Part shown: positions 58,516 to 64,000 of the stretch, piece by piece
How positions within the stretch are numbered: position 1 is the first letter of the stretch
Layout of the letters: every line of letters begins with the position of its first letter
DNA from: an uncultured archaeon
Lineage (GTDB): Archaea > Altiarchaeota > Altiarchaeia > IMC4 > SCGC-AAA252-I15
NCBI GenBank assembly: GCA_902384455.1
Contig: CABMCB010000071.1
Location: forward strand, 160,001-224,000
Reading direction: 5' to 3'
DNA length: 64,000 bases
Notes under the pieces: generated by a model
Database searches by the model: none
Told to the model about the DNA's origin: nothing
What the model saw: only the letters and a program-made list of their open reading frames with translations
Translations under genes and position numbers: made by a program

Positions 58516-59444
58516 TGATGGCTCTACAATTCTACAAAAACTACCTACCGGTTCAGACCTTGGATGACGTAGCCCAAAATTTTAGAAAAACTTTAGTCCC
58601 GACAAACCGTTCATCTGAATTCTTTGTAGACTGGAAAAAAATACGGGAAAATGTAGATTCTATAAAAACTGAACTAGCTCTGTGGGATAGCCTCATCAAC
58701 TCTAAGTCAATAAAATCGGATTACGCAAAGCTGATAGCAGACTACCCGGAAGTACTCAAGACAATGCCTATTCTCCTGGCTATCCGGGAGGTTGAATTCC
58801 CGGTTATTACCGATTTCTTTAGTCCGGATGAAGCCATAAAGACGTACAATTTCAGTAGGAAAAAAGGGGATACGCTAACTAAAGAAGAGGTTGAAGAATT
58901 CACCGCTTTCGCTGAAAAATCGGGCGTTTTACCCCTATTCTCAAACGTAAGGAATTTCCACGACTATGTGATGGGCGTTGAGGTTGGGATGGATACCAAC
59001 GCCAGGAAAAATCGAAGCGGCGATGCTATGGAGCTAGCGATAAAACCCCTCGTTGAGAAACTTTCAAAGTCGATGAAATTCGACTTCCTATTCCAAAGGA
59101 CATTCGGACATGCCCAAGAAAAATATGGCGTATCTGCCCCAACCGAGTTGGTAAATCGCAAATCCGATTTCATAATCCATAAAGGCGGCAAACTCGTAAA
59201 CATAGAGGTAAACTACTACTCCGGCTCAGGGTCAAAACCTGAAGAAATAGTCGACTCCTACATTAACCGCCGAAATGAGCTAATAAGTAAAAAATGGGCT
59301 TTCATCTGGATAACCGACGGAGACGTCTGGAACACATCCCACAACCAGTTAAAGAAAGGTTTTGATAAGCTAGATTACCTTCTAAATCTAGACTTCATAA
59401 AGAAGGGGATGTTAGAGGGGGCGCTTAGAGAAGTGCTAAAATAA
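58515..59444 (+). CDS. DpnII-family type II restriction endonuclease (GATC, inferred)
   Basis: DYVMGVEVGMDTNARKNRSG, DF..IEVNYY.GSGSK, FIWITDG. Confidence 0.88.
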   Translation: MMALQFYKNYLPVQTLDDVAQNFRKTLVPTNRSSEFFVDWKKIRENVDSIKTELALWDSLINSKSIKSDYAKLIADYPEVLKTMPILLAIREVEFPVITDFFSPDEAIKTYNFSRKKGDTLTKEEVEEFTAFAEKSGVLPLFSNVRNFHDYVMGVEVGMDTNARKNRSGDAMELAIKPLVEKLSKSMKFDFLFQRTFGHAQEKYGVSAPTELVNRKSDFIIHKGGKLVNIEVNYYSGSGSKPEEIVDSYINRRNELISKKWAFIWITDGDVWNTSHNQLKKGFDKLDYLLNLDFIKKGMLEGALREVLK

Positions 59445-59478
59445 GCCCTTAAATTTCCGTTTTCAATAGATATGTGGG

Positions 59479-60372
59479 ATGGTTGGAGACGACTATGTTT
59501 CTATGCGGGAGGTCAAGAATTCTACATACAAATCAGCCAAGATAGGCGACTCCACCGTATCCGAAAAGAAAGAGGTTAAGATTCTCCAACCCAAGGACTT
59601 CGAGCTCCAATACACAACAGTTTGGTCTTTCCCCAAACGGGGCGAATGGGCTACACACAAGGGAGATTACCGGGGCAACTGGGCACCAGAGATTCCAAGA
59701 AACCTAATACTACGCTACTCCAAACAAGGAGATACAGTCTTGGACCAGATGGTCGGAGGCGGAACTACCTTAATTGAATGTAAACTACTTGGACGAAATG
59801 GCATAGGAGTTGACATAAATCCAGACGCTATCATGATAACCCATGATAGGCTGAAATTTGACTCAATAGATGAAAACTTCCCAAAAACAGAACAGAAAAC
59901 CTATGTTGGAGATGCCAGAAACCTAGACCTAATAAAAGATGAGTCAATAGACTTCATAGCCACCCACCCGCCCTATCTGAACATCATCCCATACACTCAA
60001 CAACGGATCAAAGGCGATTTATCCTCAGTCCACAGCTTGGACGAATTCATAGAAGAGATGAAGATTGTAGCAAAGGAGAGTTTCCGAGTTCTCATACCTG
60101 ACAAGTATTGCGGGATACTAATCGGAGATACCCGAAGACATAAGCACTATATCCCTGTCTCCGTAAGGGTGTTGTCTGCTTTTCTGGAAGCGGGATTCAT
60201 ACTCAAAGAAGATGTCACAAAGCAACAATGGAACGTTAAGACAACCGGCTACTGGGCAGGAAAATCTAAAAAATCCAACTTTCTCCTGATAATGCACGAA
60301 CACCTCTACATATTCAGAAAACCCGAGAAGGGCGAAAAAACTGGAAAATTCAGGGACAGTATGAAAGCCTGA
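59479..60372 (+). CDS. Second DNA amino-methyltransferase (N4/N6) of the R-M cassette
   Basis: TTVWSFP.RG.WATH, DQMVGGGTT, THPPY. Adjacent to the DpnII-like endonuclease. Confidence 0.8.
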   Translation: MVGDDYVSMREVKNSTYKSAKIGDSTVSEKKEVKILQPKDFELQYTTVWSFPKRGEWATHKGDYRGNWAPEIPRNLILRYSKQGDTVLDQMVGGGTTLIECKLLGRNGIGVDINPDAIMITHDRLKFDSIDENFPKTEQKTYVGDARNLDLIKDESIDFIATHPPYLNIIPYTQQRIKGDLSSVHSLDEFIEEMKIVAKESFRVLIPDKYCGILIGDTRRHKHYIPVSVRVLSAFLEAGFILKEDVTKQQWNVKTTGYWAGKSKKSNFLLIMHEHLYIFRKPEKGEKTGKFRDSMKA

Positions 60373-60455
60373 ACCAAGTCAGTGTTGATTCATGCTATGT
60401 TTTGGTGATTAGTTGCCCAGACCCTTTTTATACCTTTTTGCCTGTACTTCTTATT

Positions 60456-61193
60456 ATGGACGTTAAGGATAGGGTTGTCATTGTGACTGGGGCTTCGTCG
60501 GGTATTGGGCTTGCGACCGCTAAGTTGTTTGCTAGCCTGGGGGCGAAGGTGGTTTTGGCTTCGCGTTCTGAAGACAAGATTCGGCAGCTTAGTAAGGAAA
60601 TTCCAGGTTCATTTGCGGTGCCCACCGACATGACAAACGCCAGCTCAATCAAAAACCTCGTAGACATGACGCTCCACAGGTTCAAGGGGTTGGACATACT
60701 CATAAACAACGCGGGGCAGGGAATGTACTCTCCCATAGAAAACATAGACGTCTCCCAGTACCGCCACATAATAGAACTAAATCTTGTCGGCCCGCTTCTT
60801 GCCATGCAGGCGGTAATCCCAGTCATGAGAAAGCACGGCGGCGGAATGATAGTCAACATAAGCAGCGGAACATCCAAAATGTACCTGCCTTACGTCGGAG
60901 GATACGCTTCCACCAAGTACGCATTAAACTGCATCTCTCTTACCGCAAGAAAAGAACTGGAGAAAGACAAAATCATAGTGAGCGTAGTCCACCCCTACAT
61001 CACCGAAACCAACTTCATGAAAAACAGCCTACGGCCCGCGCAGGCGCCCGCTCCACAGTTCCACCCGCGAAGCAACGAAAACAATCCCAAGCCGGACACG
61101 GCGGAAAAAGTGGCGGAAAAAATATTGGAGACCGTTGAGACCGAGAAGGCCGAGGTCATGGTTCACGAGTGGATTAACCGGTCTTCAGAGTAA
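60456..61193 (+). CDS. Short-chain dehydrogenase/reductase
   Basis: TGASSGIG, NNAG, YASTK. Start set at ATG 60456. Confidence 0.93.
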   Translation: MDVKDRVVIVTGASSGIGLATAKLFASLGAKVVLASRSEDKIRQLSKEIPGSFAVPTDMTNASSIKNLVDMTLHRFKGLDILINNAGQGMYSPIENIDVSQYRHIIELNLVGPLLAMQAVIPVMRKHGGGMIVNISSGTSKMYLPYVGGYASTKYALNCISLTARKELEKDKIIVSVVHPYITETNFMKNSLRPAQAPAPQFHPRSNENNPKPDTAEKVAEKILETVETEKAEVMVHEWINRSSE

Positions 61194-61239
61194 AAGACGG
61201 CTCTTTAACTGCGGCCGCAATTAAATTTAGACTTCGCTT

Positions 61240-62181
61240 ATGACCGATGTTTCTCTCGCCAAATGCGGCTCATACGACCAAGAGAAAGTCGATGCAGCAG
61301 TAAAAGCAGTAATGAAGCCGCTTGGCGGATTCAAAGCTTTCTTCAAGAAAAACGAGAAAGTCCTCCTTAAGCCTAATCTGCTTAGAGGCTGTCCGCCTGA
61401 AGCCGCAGTCACAACTCATCCCGCAGTCGTCGACGCTGTGGCAAGAGCGCTTATTGATTTGAAGTGCGAGGTTTCTTTGGGCGACAGCAGCTTCTTCGGC
61501 AGTACGCGAAAAACGGCCGAAGCAGCGGGACTGGCGGAAGTCTGCGACAGGCTTGGTGTTCCAATAGTGGACTTAAGGAAGGGGAAGAAGGTCAAATTCA
61601 AAAACGGAATAATGCCGTCGCTAACTCTGGGGAAGGCCGCGTTGGAGGCGGACGCGATACTCAATCTGCCGAAGCTTAAGACGCACAGCCAGATGTACTA
61701 CACGTGCGCAGTCAAAAACCTTTTCGGCTGCGTTTCCGGACCCAAAAAGGGATTGCTTCATCTGACGCTTGCTGACGCAGAAGCATTCTCCCAGATGCTG
61801 TTGGACATAAACTCTGTGATAAAGCCGCGCCTGAATCTCGTTGACGCGGTGATAGGCATGGAAGGTGCGGGCCCTGCCAGAGGAACTCCTAAGAAGGCGG
61901 GTTTTATTGCTGCCGGAAATTCGACGCTTGCGGTGGACTGGGTGACGTCTGGTTTGGTGGGGTTGGACCGCAACAAAATATTCTACCTTACTCAGGCGCA
62001 AAAAAGAAGCGAATTCAAATTCAATCCCATAGACGTCAAGGTGGTCGGCGTAGAACCCGCCAAGCTTAAAATCCCCGCGTTCAAACCTGCAGGACTGGTT
62101 TCTGTGGAGACTATGCCTATTTTCGTAAGCCGCTTCAGCCGCCTGATTAGAAGAAGCGGAATATTCAATCCGCTAACTTAA
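61240..62181 (+). CDS. DUF362 domain protein
   Basis: VLLKPN, TTHP, LPKLKTH, AVKNLFG, GMEGAGP. Confidence 0.9.
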   Translation: MTDVSLAKCGSYDQEKVDAAVKAVMKPLGGFKAFFKKNEKVLLKPNLLRGCPPEAAVTTHPAVVDAVARALIDLKCEVSLGDSSFFGSTRKTAEAAGLAEVCDRLGVPIVDLRKGKKVKFKNGIMPSLTLGKAALEADAILNLPKLKTHSQMYYTCAVKNLFGCVSGPKKGLLHLTLADAEAFSQMLLDINSVIKPRLNLVDAVIGMEGAGPARGTPKKAGFIAAGNSTLAVDWVTSGLVGLDRNKIFYLTQAQKRSEFKFNPIDVKVVGVEPAKLKIPAFKPAGLVSVETMPIFVSRFSRLIRRSGIFNPLT

Positions 62182-62218
62182 ACGCCGTTTTAATTCACGC
62201 CGGAGTAATAAGCAACTG

Positions 62219-63025
62219 ATGCCCGCTAAAAAATCCCCCAAAAAAGTTGCGAAAAAGTCTGCCGCTAAACCTGCGTCAAAAGCGAAGAAGACCCTCAAGC
62301 CGGCGAAAAAATCCGCGAAACCGGCGAAAAAACCAGTCAAATCGGCCGTCAAACCGTCCGATAAACCTTCGGCAGGCAAGTTGAGCGAGGCGGAGCGCAT
62401 CTCGGAAATCGTCCGGCTTCTTAGGCGGGGATACAAGAACATCAAGATTGCTTTGCACTACAACACGCCCCTAGACCTACTCATCGCAGTGATGCTTTCT
62501 GCGCAGTGCACGGACAAGCAAGTGAACATAGTCACCGAAACACTATTCAAGAAGTACCGCAGCGCACGCGACTACGCGGAAGCATACCTTCCCGAACTCG
62601 AAGAAGAAGTGAAGTCAACCGGATTCTACCACCAGAAAGCCAAAAACATACAGGAAACATGCCGCATACTCGTGGAAAAACACAACGGAGACGTACCCCA
62701 CACGATGCCAGAACTAATAGAGCTACCGGGAGTCGCAAGAAAAACCGCAAACATCGTACTATCAAGCGCATTCAACATAAACGACGGAATAGCAGTAGAC
62801 ACACACGTAGGCCGACTAAGCCAGCGCATGGGATTCTCAAAGAACTCGGACCCAGACAAAATAGAGCAGGACCTCATGAAACTATTCCCCCGCGCCAACT
62901 GGAACCTAATCACATACCTCCTCATAGAACACGGCCGCGCCATATGCAAGGCGCCTACGCCAAGCTGCAGCGAATGCGCGCTTTCCGAATTATGCCCTAA
63001 AGTAGGCGTCTTAAAAAGCAAGTGA
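62219..63025 (+). CDS. nth: Endonuclease III with Lys/Ala/Pro-rich N-terminal tail
   Basis: LSAQCTD, LPGVARKTAN, VDTHV, C-x6-C-x2-C-x5-C. Confidence 0.95.
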   Translation: MPAKKSPKKVAKKSAAKPASKAKKTLKPAKKSAKPAKKPVKSAVKPSDKPSAGKLSEAERISEIVRLLRRGYKNIKIALHYNTPLDLLIAVMLSAQCTDKQVNIVTETLFKKYRSARDYAEAYLPELEEEVKSTGFYHQKAKNIQETCRILVEKHNGDVPHTMPELIELPGVARKTANIVLSSAFNINDGIAVDTHVGRLSQRMGFSKNSDPDKIEQDLMKLFPRANWNLITYLLIEHGRAICKAPTPSCSECALSELCPKVGVLKSK

Positions 63026-63028
63026 AAC

Positions 63029-63451
63029 ATGAAGGCGAAAGACGTCTGCAAGCCTGATTCGGACGAAGCGCCAAAAGGATGGGTTCGGCCTATCTACGTT
63101 GTTCAGGAGCATGATGCTTCGAGGTTGCATTGGGATTTGCGTTTGGAGAAGGATTGCGTATTGAAAAGTTGGGCTGTGACTAAGGAGCCTCCTGTTGAGG
63201 AAGGCGTAAGGCGTCTTGCGGTTGCGGTCGAAGACCACGCGCTTTCATACGCGTCGTTCGAAGGCATAATACCTGAAGGGAACTACGGCGCGGGGCCGGT
63301 TCGAATCTGGGACAAAGGCACATTCACGGAAGAAGAGTGGACGGAAAGTAAAATCGTAGTGAAAATCAAAGGCCAAAAGATTAATGGAAAATACGTCCTC
63401 ATAAAACTCAAGGACGGAAAGAACTGGCTCTTTTTCAAGGGGAAGCAATGA
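63029..63451 (+). CDS. Stand-alone LigD-type 3'-phosphoesterase domain protein
   Basis: VVQEHDASRLHWDLRLE, KSWAV, EDH, FEG.IP.GNYGAG.V.IWD.G. Confidence 0.92.
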   Translation: MKAKDVCKPDSDEAPKGWVRPIYVVQEHDASRLHWDLRLEKDCVLKSWAVTKEPPVEEGVRRLAVAVEDHALSYASFEGIIPEGNYGAGPVRIWDKGTFTEEEWTESKIVVKIKGQKINGKYVLIKLKDGKNWLFFKGKQ

Positions 63452-64000
63452 ACGCCGCATACTTCAATTGTCCCTCCGGCATAGCAGGAGACATGGTTGT
63501 GGCCGCGTTGATTGACGCTGGCGCGTCGTTTCCTGAAATCAAAAACGAAGTCGGGAAAATTCCACTTTCGGATTACCGATTGCGGACTGAGAAGGTTAAT
63601 CGTAGCGGAGTTGAGGCGCTGCGCTTCATCGTGGACGTCGAGGAAGGGCATCAGCCTCCTCGCGCTTACCGTGACATACGGAAGATGATTGATGAAAGCG
63701 CTCTTTCGCCCGCGGTAAAGGAAAAGTCCCAGGCAATATTTGCGGTTCTCGCGGAAACTGAATCCCACGTCCACGGCGTGCCGACAGAAAAAATCCACTT
63801 TCATGAGGTCGGCGCAGTAGACAGCATCATAGACATCGTCGCAACATGCGCCGCCCTAAACCAACTAAAGATAGACGCCATATACTCCTCCCCCCTACCC
63901 TGGCCTAAAGGATCAATCAAAACAGCGCACGGGATAATGGAAAACCCCGCACCAGCAACACGCCTACTACTTGAAGGAATACCAACCTATCCTGTTGACG
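63448..64000 (+). CDS. larC: Nickel pincer cofactor biosynthesis protein LarC (3' truncated by window edge; not in ORF track)
   Basis: ATG 63448 overlaps the upstream stop. SGIAGDM, VHG...IHFHEVGAVDSIIDIV, AHG..PAPAT. Confidence 0.9.
   Translation, partial: MNAAYFNCPSGIAGDMVVAALIDAGASFPEIKNEVGKIPLSDYRLRTEKVNRSGVEALRFIVDVEEGHQPPRAYRDIRKMIDESALSPAVKEKSQAIFAVLAETESHVHGVPTEKIHFHEVGAVDSIIDIVATCAALNQLKIDAIYSSPLPWPKGSIKTAHGIMENPAPATRLLLEGIPTYPVD

Noticed and set aside
1-64000. tRNA, rRNA, CRISPR arrays, transposases, integrases
   Set aside because: None recognised by eye. Intergenic gaps are short except 37.5-38.7 kb. tRNAscan-SE and a CRISPR finder would confirm.

Overview
Archaeal genomic window. 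Evidence: TBP, group II chaperonin, archaeal-type ProRS, ATP-dependent DNA ligase and TATA-like promoters. Gene content and disulfide-rich surface proteins suggest a DPANN-like lineage such as Altiarchaeota, but this is an unverified inference. Most of the window is housekeeping, stress or envelope genes: a MacB-type ABC operon, SOD/MsrB/VIT1, Pit transporter, Fhs, an Hsp20-thermosome-GrpE-DnaK-DnaJ cluster, LysA, PMM/nucleotidyltransferase/GT2 glycosylation genes, DNA repair genes, a DpnII-like GATC R-M cassette and LarC. The most striking unannotated feature is the apparent intergenic gap at 37.5-38.7 kb. It holds two tandem, diverged copies of a unit made of a ~170-nt structured RNA (covarying stems) followed by a Shine-Dalgarno-led micropeptide ORF. 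The two peptides (35 and 43 aa) share the motif YDPY[DN]LLP[KA][DE]WK, and the units are flanked by a 47-aa Zn-ribbon ORF and a CxxCxxCC protein gene. Other points of interest: two large orphan proteins with kinase-like C-termini, a Cys-rich secreted protein with a clan-CD-like peptidase motif, an RHH-nucleotidyltransferase fusion with a candidate operator, a frameshifted tandem paralog, and G/T versus A/C skew that flips inside genes. No tRNA, rRNA, CRISPR array or transposase was recognised. All calls were made by eye from motifs, with no database searches.
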